A stretch of DNA of 64,000 nt, from assembly GCA_002269645.1 (NCBI GenBank), contig NIVC01001680.1, positions 186,001 to 250,000 of the forward strand. Reading direction: 5' to 3'. The notes below the pieces were generated by a model that saw only the letters and a list, made by a program, of their open reading frames with translations, was not told the origin of the DNA and did no database searches. The translations under genes were made by a program, and so were the position numbers. Of this stretch, positions 20,811 through 31,976 are shown one piece after another. The DNA is from Macrostomum lignano (taxonomy: Eukaryota). Position 1 is the first letter of the stretch, and every line of letters starts with the position of its first letter.

Positions 20811-22074
20811 ACCGTGACTGGACATGATTAAACCCACTTACCGGTGATTTCAGCCCCAGTTGGCTGTGCTCGCAGGTGTTCAGAATCGCCACCTTCAGGA
20901 CTGCCACAGCCCGCATTTCCGCACCGAAACTCTTGCAGGTGTGTTTGAGCTTTGCGTTTCTGTGCAACGACCTGACAATGATGTCTATCGTTTACCCGTC
21001 GCTATGGCAACCCCAAGTGACGATTAACTTGCCCTCTCTGATTTCTTGCTAAAAAATCAAAAGTGAAAGGCTGTGTGATGTACAAAACTGTATTCTTGAT
21101 TATCTGCTTCCCATTCACCCTTTCAGAGCCAGCCGTGGGCAGAGGCGGTCGCTCATAACCCACGGATTTTTCTGTGAGTCCCAGTGCGAGCTCAGCTGCT
21201 CGATTTTATCCACTATCAATGATGCCTATCGTTTACCCGTCGCTATGGCAACCCCAGATGACGATTAACTTGCCCTCTCTGATTAGAGCTTCATCTCATT
21301 GTGTGCATTTGTCTCTCTTGTGCTGTTGGAGCTGATTGAAGCAAATTCTTTTATTTCAGGAAGAAAGTCTGCTCTGAGCTCGGTCTGGTGTGAGCAAATT
21401 GGCATTGCTGCTCAGGTGAGTCTAATCAGAATTACTTTACTATAGAATGCTGACTTTTATGCGCAAATGATGTCTATCGTTTACCCGTCGCTATGGCAAC
21501 CCCAAGTGACGACCAACTTGCCCTCTCTGATTTTTTTTACCCTTTAGTCTTAGAAATTTTTGTTGCAGTTACTTTCGATGCAGCCCTCTTACTGAATTCA
21601 AATTAAATTGATAAAAAAATTACGCATTTCAGCTCCTGGCCGGTCACGTGTAACCTGGAGATGCTGGAATTGGTATTCGCCTCACTTTTTGTAACTGTAT
21701 CGCCTAATCGATCAGCTTGCAGAGTCCAACTTGTACTTGCATGCGTCTTTAAAATATACTCACGCTTTATACCGTTTGGATGAGCAAAGTTTTAACCTTA
21801 AATGTCGAAAAATTCCGTTGTCTTAATTGAGTTTTATTACTTGCGAATAGGTGAGACAGGATAAGCGCTGTGGGATGTGCAATGGGCATGAACACATTAA
21901 CTGTGGTTTAACTTTGTTCGCAGGTAACAAACATGAAAGCAGGATGCGCTGAAGCAAGTGCGATTAAGATCCAAAAGCGTTAGAGGGAATGTACAATGGG
22001 TGTTTCAAAAGTAACGAGAACTTTGTTATAACTTTTGATTGGATAAACGTATGAACCTGAAATTGTCACCCAAC

Positions 22075-22720
22075 AATTTTACACATACGAACAACTAATA
22101 GCTTTTTTAAGCCTTATATAGCTGCACGCGAACGCAACTGTGTAATCGTACATGAAAAATCATGCCTCAAAATTTTAAATTACGATTTTTGTCTATGGCA
22201 AAAGTAACCAAGTTTGAACGCGTTCATCAAGTCAAAAATCCGGCAAAATTTTTCATTTCAGCAATTTCAGCGAGCTCTACAAAGCTGCCATTCATCTGGA
22301 TACCCTTCTCGCAGCGATGCACCAGTTTTGTTAATTTCCTCCTCCCAAAAACTCGACATTTTCGGACCATCCATAGTCTCAGTCGGAAAAAAATTGAGCC
22401 ACTTTCACAGAATATTCTGTGGCCACATCAGTCAGAAATTGCAACTTTAACCAGGAATGCTATGCAGCTAAAAACTGCAAGATTATTCCCAAGCAACTTT
22501 GCCCATAGAAAGCAGAAAGAGTGGGCCCTATGAGAAGTAGCCAAATTTAGCAGCAGAAGTTTAAAAGCCTTCAAATTTTAAACTTTTGATTCTTTTTGCC
22601 ATAGACAAAAATCGTAATCTTCAATCTCGAGGCATGGACTTTCATTTACGATTACACAGTTGCGTGCAGCTATATAAGGCTTAAAATATAAAGCTATTAG
22701 TTGTTGTGTGTAAAATTGTA
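22075..22720. mobile_element. Fold-back/MITE-like element with ~140-bp imperfect inverted arms
   Basis: Arm 22075-22215 (AACAACTAATAGC..GCAACTGTGTAATCGTA..TTACGATTTTTGTCTATGGCAAAA) recurs inverted at 22575-22720. Confidence 0.6.
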
Positions 22721-24149
22721 CACATCTTAATAGCACACGCTAAAATGCATATTATGTCTGCTTTAACACGTCCCCGATGCCACATCGGGTTACGACTATC
22801 GATTGGCGATGGCATTAGATTCACGGGCGTAACTAGCACTACTGATGAAATTGACTGATGCCCTTCGTTTGCTGGTCTCGACTCTCCTTCGGTTCCACGA
22901 TAACTGACTGCAGTGACAATTACATACAGTGTCAAGTACCTGAGCCAGTTGCAGGGGCAACTACCTATTATAATATCGTACTTGCTGCCAATTGTCAAAT
23001 TATGGAAAAAGCTCTATGGCAATAACCTTACAGTCACAGCCCTAGTTAATCACTCACGACTGTAAACTCTACAGTAATATGGTGTAAAAAAGTACGAGGC
23101 TCGTTTAAAAGCATTGTTCTATGGCCAAACCTTATAAAAGCTGTACGAGTATATACTGGTATTACCTTTTGGATAGCTTTTTACAGCCCATTTGAGCCTA
23201 CGCATAATTTTGTGCGACTGACGTTTATTATTGGTTTGTCTCGCAAAATGGCAATGCAAAAGAGAAAGTAAAGAAATATTTTTATTTTCAATCAGCTATT
23301 TTATAGTTTAGAGCATTGGGAGGTGCGCCCAACAAGTCGAGTGAATCACACAATACCCCACTGGCTTAAAGAGCCGGCGGGCTGGGTGCACCCACCCCCA
23401 GCTATGCGGGCCAGGGGAGTCTGAGTACCAATTCACCAGAGATCCCGCTGCGTGCAGGTCTGGCCGCCACAGGTTCAATAAATTTTCCCTTCCTCGCGGC
23501 GGCTTAGTTGCGCAACTTGAGGGTTGAATTGTGAGAAGTCGCAATAAGAGAAAATTTTCATCTCGCTCCTACTTTTTCATTATGATTTTTGAGTTTACCG
23601 TCGAGTGATTAACCCGTCCTTGACTCAGGCCTATTTTGAAGTTGAGAAGAGAGTTAAATTAGGAAGAAATATACAATGTTTGATGTTTGTACCCAGTCCT
23701 TAGTCTATGGTTAAAAGTAGTTTAAATACTTTTTACTCGTACTTAGGAAAATTAATTGTTTAATGCTCTTGGCATCAGTTTCCATTGGTTCTGACAACTG
23801 CCTGCACAGACAACTGCCTGCAGCGTCAACTGCTTGCGGCGGCAGCTGACTGTGGAGACAACCATGACTGCTAGCTGAGCTTGTTCAGCTACTCAGGCGC
23901 AACATCACAGTTATTATTAGTAATTAAAAGAAAATATAAAATACCAAACAGAGAAATAAAAAACAGGTTTTAGAGTTATGAATTCAAAAGTTTTTGTTAC
24001 TACATGTATATATATTTTTATATAACTGTACAGTTCTAAATCGACAAACTATTTGCTACTACTACAGTACATTGGCTCACTTAGTTATTAAATTGAACAA
24101 AAGCAACACTGAGCACACACACAAACAAAGTTGTTGCCGCAGGCTGTTG

Positions 24150-24390
24150 TGCAGGCTGTTTCGCGCAGTCACGCAGCTTTTGGCTTTGATCCGGCAGCTG
24201 TCTTTGATCTGGCGGCTGTCTTTGATTCGGCGGCTGTCTTTGATCTGGCGGCTTCTTTTGATCTGGCGGCTTCTTTTGATCTGGCGGCTGTTTTTTATCT
24301 GTCGGCTGTCTTTGATCTGTCGGCTGTCTTTGATCCGGCGGCGGCCTTTGATCTGGCGGCTTCTTTTGATCTTGTGGATTCTTTTGATCT
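24150..24390 (-). repeat. Inverted copy of the 18-bp DQRQPP-coding repeat
   Basis: Reverse complement of the repeat in 24760-25030; flanked by ~80-bp direct repeats at 24064-24145 and 24392-24475. Confidence 0.85.
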
Positions 24391-24666
24391 GCAGTACATT
24401 GGCTCACTTAGCTATTAACTTGAACAAAAGCAACAGGGAGCTCACACGCACAAACAAAGTTGTTGCCGCAGGCAGTTGTCGTGCTACCGGTTTCATTAAA
24501 TGCTTTATTCTACTCAAAAATGACGATTTCTTCCATAGAATACGGATTCAGATAATTGAAGGAATTAAATAAGTAATTACATTTTATATCAGTAGCTGCT
24601 AAGATCTATGATTTAACCCGGAGATCAAGTCGCTAACTCAAAGCCATCCAGTTGGATTTGCAGGTC

Positions 24667-25245
24667 ATGGCTGACAAAGCCAGGCCCAACAAGGCCAGCA
24701 AGCAGACCATGCTAGCGAGCTCTGGCAAAAGCAAGGCTGGCGCCAGTGCAAAGCAGCCGCTAGATCAACGACAGCCGCCGGATCAAAGACAGCCGGCAGA
24801 TAAAAAACAGCCGCCAGATCAAAAGAATCCGCAAGATCAAAAGAAGCCGCCAGATCAAAGACAGCCGGCAGATAAAAAACAGCCGCCAGATCAAAAGAAT
24901 CCGCAAGATCAAAAGAAGCCGCCAGATCAAAGGCAGCCGCCGGATCAAAGACAGCCGACAGATCAAAGACAGCCGCCAGATAAAAAACAGCCGCCAGATC
25001 AAAAGAAGCCGCCAGATCAAAGCCAAAGGCAGCCGCCGAAGTTTCAACCGCCGAAAGCGGACCGCCGGGAGGACATGGCGAAGTTTGGCCAGGTGAAGCT
25101 GAACCCGTCGAGGCCGTTCCAGGACTCGCGCACCTTCAGCAGCCGCCTGCACAGGGAAGGCTTCACTCCGTACGGCTGGATCCTGCCGTGCACCCTGTTC
25201 ACCCCCGGAGAGGCACCGCTCAAATATTACGAGATCTTCGACTGA
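24667..25245 (+). CDS. Unknown protein with D-Q-(K/R)-(Q/K)-P-P hexapeptide repeats
   Basis: ATG follows TTTGCAG (acceptor-like); GC-rich codons and a non-repetitive C-terminus (SRLHREGFTPYGW..YYEIFD). No family recognised. Confidence 0.55.
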   Translation: MADKARPNKASKQTMLASSGKSKAGASAKQPLDQRQPPDQRQPADKKQPPDQKNPQDQKKPPDQRQPADKKQPPDQKNPQDQKKPPDQRQPPDQRQPTDQRQPPDKKQPPDQKKPPDQSQRQPPKFQPPKADRREDMAKFGQVKLNPSRPFQDSRTFSSRLHREGFTPYGWILPCTLFTPGEAPLKYYEIFD

Positions 25246-25791
25246 GCCGCTTCATCAGCTGGGCTCCTCAGCGTCTATGCATGCATGCGCACGACCCATG
25301 CCAGCATCTTTGACACGTTTGAAAGTATTGCAATATTAAACGTTCAATATTAAGTATAGCTTTTATAAATTTGACAATTGCTTTCGGAAACAGTTTGGCT
25401 GCTTGCAAATTACAATGTAAATGGCCGCTGACGATTACAATTCTGCCTTGATATTAGATGCATGTACTTTATATGTGGTTTATTTGTGCTGAAGTGTTCG
25501 TTTGCCGCTATATCAGTAGTATAGTTGGGTATCTGTTCGAAAGAAATGAAAAACATATTCATTCATAGTTGACTCAATTTTTATATTAACAATAACTTAG
25601 TTTTTATCTGATGACTCGTGTATTCGAGACACGCGCAGCAGGGTTAGCAAATAAGTTTTTTATCACAAAACAAACTTGAAGATGATTGCTAATCCTGAAT
25701 TCTGTTGTCTATTAGTTATGAGTGTAATAAATTTGATACAAAATAGACATCCTAGTTTGGCGTGTTCCCTAAGACAGTTTTCTATGGCAAG

Positions 25792-26151
25792 TTAAAAGCC
25801 AGCCCGCCACACCGCCATGACGTAGGGCCCGATGGAAAAATTGGCGAAGCTGCCCTTCTCGTGGATCACCTGGCTGGATTTGGGAAGAGCGGTATTGGAG
25901 CAATGAATTTGAGGCTTGTCATTGAGGTAATTTGCCAGTGGGTGAGCTCAGTGCCCGGACTCTCACCAGGAGTAGCTGCGCCCGATCACCACCTGCCAGC
26001 CGCTGCCCAGGCTGCTGTCCAGGCGCTGCTTGACAGCGCGGGCCATGATTTCGTGGTTGTCCTGATTCTCGGCTGCCACTGTGCTGATCACCCCCTGGAG
26101 GCTGCGGCGCACTTCGTCGCTGATGTCACCCTTGACGAAAGTGAGACTCAT
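25792..26151 (-). CDS. Dynein light chain type 1 (LC8-like), 2 exons, 88 aa
   Basis: Exons 25967-26151 and 25792-25873 splice (GT-AG) to ..AVKQRLDSSLGSGWQVVIGRSYSCQVIHEKGSFANFSIGPYVMAVWRAGF, matching the LC8 pattern and size. Confidence 0.85.
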
Positions 26152-26559
26152 GCTCGCTGCTGGGCTTTGAGCTCCGAGATGTGAACTGTTTTGCTGGACG
26201 CTTGCTCTCTGCGGCTGCGTTTTATGCACAGATCGATCCGCCAGGGGCTCTGGGGCGCCGCGGGTCCACTCGGTGCAGTCAGTCAGCCGCTTAGCTTCGC
26301 TTTCCTCAGCGTCTGCAGGAGTTTAGCTACAGCCAAGCGGCCAATGCCTGCGCCCGCGAGCCCCCCGGGCGTTGTGTATCCATTGTGCCATTGTGTCTGA
26401 GCTTGTTTGCATAAATTAAGTGCAACTGAGGCCAGATGCAAGGGTCAGTGCGGTCAGTCTGGATAAGTTCTGAGTTGTGAGAGCCGTCTGGGGCGCGCGG
26501 CGGCTGCTGTCCCTGAGCAGTCCAGACTGCTCGATCGGGTTTACGCGGGTGCACAGAAT

Positions 26560-26890
26560 TAAAACTCACCGCGACGCCCTCCGCATCATCCTTCCAAAGG
26601 ATATCACCAAGCCGCTAGTACGAGTACAAGGCAACTTCGAGCTCTGGTGCTTCACTCGCATCGTCATGGGCGCCTCCCCCAACCCGTGGATTCTCCTGGC
26701 GCTCCTCCACAAGATCTGCTTGGACGCAATTAACTCTGGAGATTCCGACCTCACCCGACCCGAGCTCGAGCGCATCATCGGCGGCCTCTACGTCGACAAC
26801 CTTGTCATCGGCGCTGACACCAAGGAAGATGATGCCCGTCCCGTCTGCCGGCTTGGCTTCCGGCCCGGAATTATTGTTGCACCTGACTAA
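26560..26890 (+). mobile_element. BEL/Pao LTR-retrotransposon reverse transcriptase fragment
   Basis: HRDALRII..FTRIVMGASPNPWIL..LYVDNLVIGADTKE resembles Pao RT motifs (DRDxLRF, FxRxPFG, YVDD). Confidence 0.7.
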
Positions 26891-29800
26891 ACATTTTACC
26901 GTTTCCACGAACTAAAATCAATGCGCAAATACTCGCTATTTAATCATTCTACTGTTTTTGCCGTTCAAAATCGACTCTATCCATCGTTACCTGTTGGCCC
27001 CCCGAGCCTGTCGGATTTCCATCCTCCAAATATTTGTACTTTCTATTACCTTGTACTTTTCAGTTAGCCGTCTCCCTTTGTCTACCATGTCTTTCCCACA
27101 GACTATCGTAACCGTTCATTTACCACAGACAATTCGGCTGGCCTGTTCGTTATTGTTAGTATAAATACAACTTCAACCCGCGGCTTAGGCCCTTCACTTC
27201 TTCTTTCCCCTCCTTCCTTTCTGCACCACTAATCACATATTGTTAGTTGTTAGTTTATTGTCTATTCGACAATAGTAATGTTATAAATTAGTATAGAACT
27301 TAGCCTAGGTGAGAGAACGGAGAGAAATTCCCAAACTAGCCTACTGATAGTAGGGGAAAAGCGCATCGAAGCAAAAAGTGCGGTTCTAAGATTGAAAAAA
27401 GGTGCGTCCTCATCACTCTCTACACTGCGGGTTGTGAATTGAGACCCATCAGCTCCCGTGAGGGACAGTGCATGGGCAGTCGATCGAGGCCTCTCTTAAG
27501 TTTTTGGCTCTTGTACTGATCTTCTGCAATGGTATCTTACTGGAAACTGCGAGCTAAGATAAACTTCGAATAAAACGTGTCTGTCTTGGCAATCATGGGA
27601 GCCAATTCGAACCTACATGTAGTTCTGCAGGCCAGCATTGAAGAGGACGGAAGATAAACATAATTTACAGGCTAGAAATATTTGTGCAATCAGGATAAAC
27701 AGGCCAATTAACTGAAGTTTATAAAGTTTTTTCACCTTTCCAAACTGTTAAAAAGTTTGCACCGGCTGGGCCAGACACTGTAAGCGATGCGGGCATTGCG
27801 GAAATTGCATGTTATACAGAGGCTTTTGCCTGCTGACTTACGAACTCCTGTGAATTGTACGTGTGAGAGCGTGTGCATGCATTGATACCCATTTTCTATA
27901 TAAATACATGTATATCAGTATATCAGAGTCGCGTTAAAGCCATAATATGATGTTACGGCAGTAAACGCGAAATGGAAGTTATAATGAATAAACACACGAT
28001 ACTAAATACACTCGATAGTTCACTTAGGCTATCAAAACTACTTTCTGTTCGGTAGTAAATATGAGCGTATAAAAAAGCAACATTTATTTATTCAACTACT
28101 GTAACTCCACTAGTGTATTTTTATCCACTTGCCCAGCCCAGTCTGACCATATAGCTACCGTCGATAAAATCTTTGGAAACAGCAAAGTTTCACTCGCGTG
28201 ATTGTCATTTTCTCCGAATATCAAGACACAAAATATAAACAGCAAATGTCACTGGGGCAGAGAATATAGCAATTGCCAAGTTGGCACATAATTATAATAA
28301 CCATCAAGGGTATTTAGTATCTGTGATAGCGTAGTATATTTCATTCCGAATGTATCACAGTGTATCTGCTGTAGGTTGAGCACAGCAAACTTAAAAGTAC
28401 CTAATTGATCTGATGCATGACCCGTGCTAGCAGACACTACTCTGACTTGGACTACTGTGTTATTTGCAATGCATTTTCATGTGCTTCGCTAGGGCCTGCA
28501 AGAGCAAAGTTGCAGGTGGGGTCTGCGATTTATCTGTCCAGCTCTCCAACCAACGCATGCAGTTCACACTGAGAAACTATAAGCGAAAGCGAAAACTTGA
28601 ATAGTTAATCTACGTACATGTAGTTCGCATATGCATTCAGCAGGCTCATCGGCACCTTGCGCTTTTATGATTCAGTTCGGCTCTGGCAGTCCCCAGATAT
28701 CGCATGGACAAATTTTGCTGGCAATTCGCATGGGCCAGCTTGATATTCTGTTTTGGCATCGGTCGGGGGTCGCTGGGTCAGATAAGACCTGCTACATGTA
28801 CATGTACATTATTATTATAACCCGTTTGCTCTGTGACGCGCACAACCATTTCGCTATATAACATGTACCCGCACTGGGCAAGCTCTTCAGAATGCCCTAA
28901 CCATTGAAGATCAATATGGAGTAAGCAAATGTTTTGTCTTACATGTTCTGTAGAAGAGCTAATTGCTTCACATTTTGCAACCTCGATGGGAAGTTAACCG
29001 AATCTACATGGCTGGTGCAGAATGCTGGTTTTTTGTTATTTTTTCCAATACAGAATTTATATCAATGTGGTAACATTTAAACACCCAGATCGAATGTATA
29101 GACATCTCATCGCAGCGAGTCACGTTTAACCTTCAACTGCTTCAATACAATATGGCTGACTAGGTAGCTTCACTTATTGTATAACTTTCATGGCTTTTCA
29201 CGGAAAGAGTCGACGTACAGTACACAGATCTGTGCAAGCTTAGTACATCAGTGCTGTGATTTGATAGCGGTGTTATGCAAGCTGCACCATCATGTACTTT
29301 ATAATCTGGCCCTCAATTGATAGATACGGGTTTGAGCATAAAGATCCCCCAGGTCAGGAGGCTTATGTACGAGTACGAGCTATATGTGCACGCGGGACAC
29401 TTGGCAGAGGTTTTTAGATGGCGCCAGGTGACCCCAGCCGAAGGGTGTGGCCGCCACTGAAGGTGTTCAACCGGACGCGATTCGAGTCTGCCAGTCAGCA
29501 GTCCAGGCGCTTCTATGACATGTGCACCTACACCGACAACCTCAAGGTCGACCTGTTTCTGTGCTTTGCTATGTTTTGAATTGTTTTGATCGATTCAGTG
29601 TGCAGTGTGACCAGCTCTAGGCCAGCCGGCCTCAATGCACAATTAGGACAATAACGAAGCTGAGGTTTGAGGGCCGAGCCAGCAACCTGCTATAAATTAA
29701 ACGCGTGCCACACAGAAGCCTCGCCCAGCAAATGCTTTGGGGGTGGCCCGGGAGTTGAAGGTTGCCTAAATGTAGCTCGTAACTAAACGGCAACAGAGAG

Positions 29801-31976
29801 AAACTGCTCAAGCGCTAACCCTACCCGCTGAAACCATATCGAGATTTATTAAATGCCTTGCATTGTACCTATGCGTTCTCGTAACTACATGTACATGATC
29901 TTTGAGTTTACGTCCTACCCTGTTACTACAGTGGTCCTTGACTCGTACATACATGTACACGCGGGAAAGAGCGCCGATTATGATAATGTGATGATTGCTT
30001 GCACAAATTTTATAATACTGTACATATGTTGTAATTAAAGCATTACTCTCTCGTCCATCAAGTGAAGAGAAAGAATTACAAGAAACAGAAAACACAAAAA
30101 GAAAAGAAGAAAGCAAAAAAGGTAGTACGAGGGTAGCGGTTAAGGTAGGAGAGAACTAAGCCCCTCGGCAGGTGTAAATGGAAGAGATTGCGCCAGGGAC
30201 TACTCAGTATTCGGGACGGGAAACTAAAAAAGTTGGAGGCCGATATATTAATAATTTAGTCTTGAAAAGCATTACTTATAGATAGGTTTTACCAGTTGTA
30301 GTCAGTGAGTTTGCGTCTGTGGTAAAAACATATCTAAGAAATCCAAGAAATCCAAGACTAAGTTATAAATTAAATACATCGGCCTCCAGCTTCGTAATTT
30401 CCCGTCCCTAGTTATTGAGTAGTCCCAGTTGAATTGCGGATGTTTGAGAGCGTGTGTGTAATGGGTGGCATGCCCGCGCACAGTTGATCCGTGCGCCTGT
30501 ACACTCAACAACATGTCAAAGCTTCAACCCAAAATCCAATGATGTTAAAGCCCCTAAGTGATGCTTCGGTTCTCGTCTCAACTGTGGGTGGTGCAATTCG
30601 CATCACAAGGCCCTAAAACATGTACATGTAGCTCAGGCTGCATGGTGAGGAGAGTGGAGTTTATGGCTGGAGCTGGATAATGCCGCCATGTACATGTAAT
30701 TGTCAATCACAGGTTTCTGGGTGGAAACTTTAACATGTTGCTGAGTGCATGTGCTCAGGTGTCAGCGGAATAGCCATGACCGAGTCTTAGTTATATACCG
30801 CCCCTACGGGCACCTTACCGGCGAGGACAAGCTGGCACTTGGCTTTTCGTCGACTACCTTCTGGCTGATGCTGGCGGTGTTACGTTCGCGCCCAGACCCT
30901 GAAACGCCCTGTGATCGACGTTGTCCTTGCCTCTCTTGACTGGCTTAACAGCGTATTTTGTTGTTGCCTTACCGCTGGTCACCGGATGTTGCCAAAGGCG
31001 TTGCGGCAGGCTGCCCCTCAAACCCTCTTGCAAATATAATTTTATATGTAATGCATTTGCATTTGGTTGCTGTACCGGATGTGTGTAAGCAACTTTCGAT
31101 TTAGATCGAGTTTTTACGCGAGTGTTGCTTCAGAGTTGAATACAATTTTCTTTATAATCTCTAGATTGAATGGCGTGTGACTGAATGATTTGACAGCGAA
31201 TCAAAGCACTAAACAGCAATGGTTTAATCTATTAAAGAATCAAACTGGATTATTGAAGGCCGGTGCAGTATATTGAAGGTATTTGGCTTTGGTGCAGATC
31301 GGACAGAAAATAGGGGTTGAGCAAGTACATGATCAATAACATGCCTACAGACACAGCAATTGAAAATAATTGGTTATTAGTTGTTTTCTTTTCGGCTAAA
31401 TTTCATCGTACCTAAAAGCAGATGCGGCGGGACTCTGGCAGAGCAGCGTCCTGTCTCAACTGTCGGAATAAATATGTTAGAAGTGAGCTGGTTAATGTAA
31501 AACAATTATTGGAAACTTTGCCATAACCTCCAGCATAGAATAGTCTGCTCATACAGGTACCTTAAGGAACCGGGCAGGGGAAACGTGGCAATTAGAAGAA
31601 ATTGATACAGCGTAAATAGATTATGAACAATCGTCAGTCGAGTTTAAGCATGCCGAATCGATGTGAAAATTCCGTAAAAGAACAATATGCTGACAAAAAT
31701 CGTTTCGTTTTCAACTTGTGGCACAATAAGAACTGGATTTAAAGTTGAAATATTAAGTACTGTTTGTTACAAAATTCTGAATATTAATAGCTTGTATATA
31801 GTCTGAACGACAGGCCAATATAAGACGGTTCAGGATTACCAAAACGTTACGAATTTGTTTAACTAAGCAATATCCGAAAAACGGAGTTGTGATTTCTTCT
31901 GAGTTCTTTTGTACCGCTGCTATTAATTAAGACAGAATCAGCGGAGCTTGAATATAACCATGTCACCAGTTGAGTT

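Larger units (their letters stand above)
16888..21530 (+). ncRNA. 13 copies of a ~64-nt box C/D snoRNA (SNORD103/85-like guide, 18S G601-equivalent)
   Basis: Copies at 16888-16952, 17148-17211, 17404-17467, 17651-17714, 17892-17955, 18138-18201, 18386-18449, 19323-19386, 19564-19627, 19810-19873, 20978-21041, 21219-21282, 21467-21530. Each has C-like ATGATG, C'-like TGACGA and D box CTGA preceded by ACTTGCCCTC, complementary to the conserved 18S GAGGGCAAGU. Confidence 0.82.
16725..21700 (+). ncRNA. Multi-exon non-coding snoRNA host gene (GAS5/UHG-like organisation)
   Basis: Short (~50-60 nt) exons with pyrimidine-AG acceptors and GTGAGT/GTAAGT donors (e.g. ..16829, 17039-17089, 17297-17349, ~17800-17847), no coherent ORF, one snoRNA-like unit per intron. 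Confidence 0.72.

Noticed and set aside
16888-21530. CRISPR-like repeat-spacer array
   Set aside because: Eukaryotic context, 64-nt repeats, 'spacers' of ~180 nt or more that are themselves duplicated and contain splice sites, and no cas genes.
25610-25640. Hammerhead-like CTGATGA followed by a CTCG/CGAG stem
   Set aside because: No GAAA core after stem II and no stems I/III.
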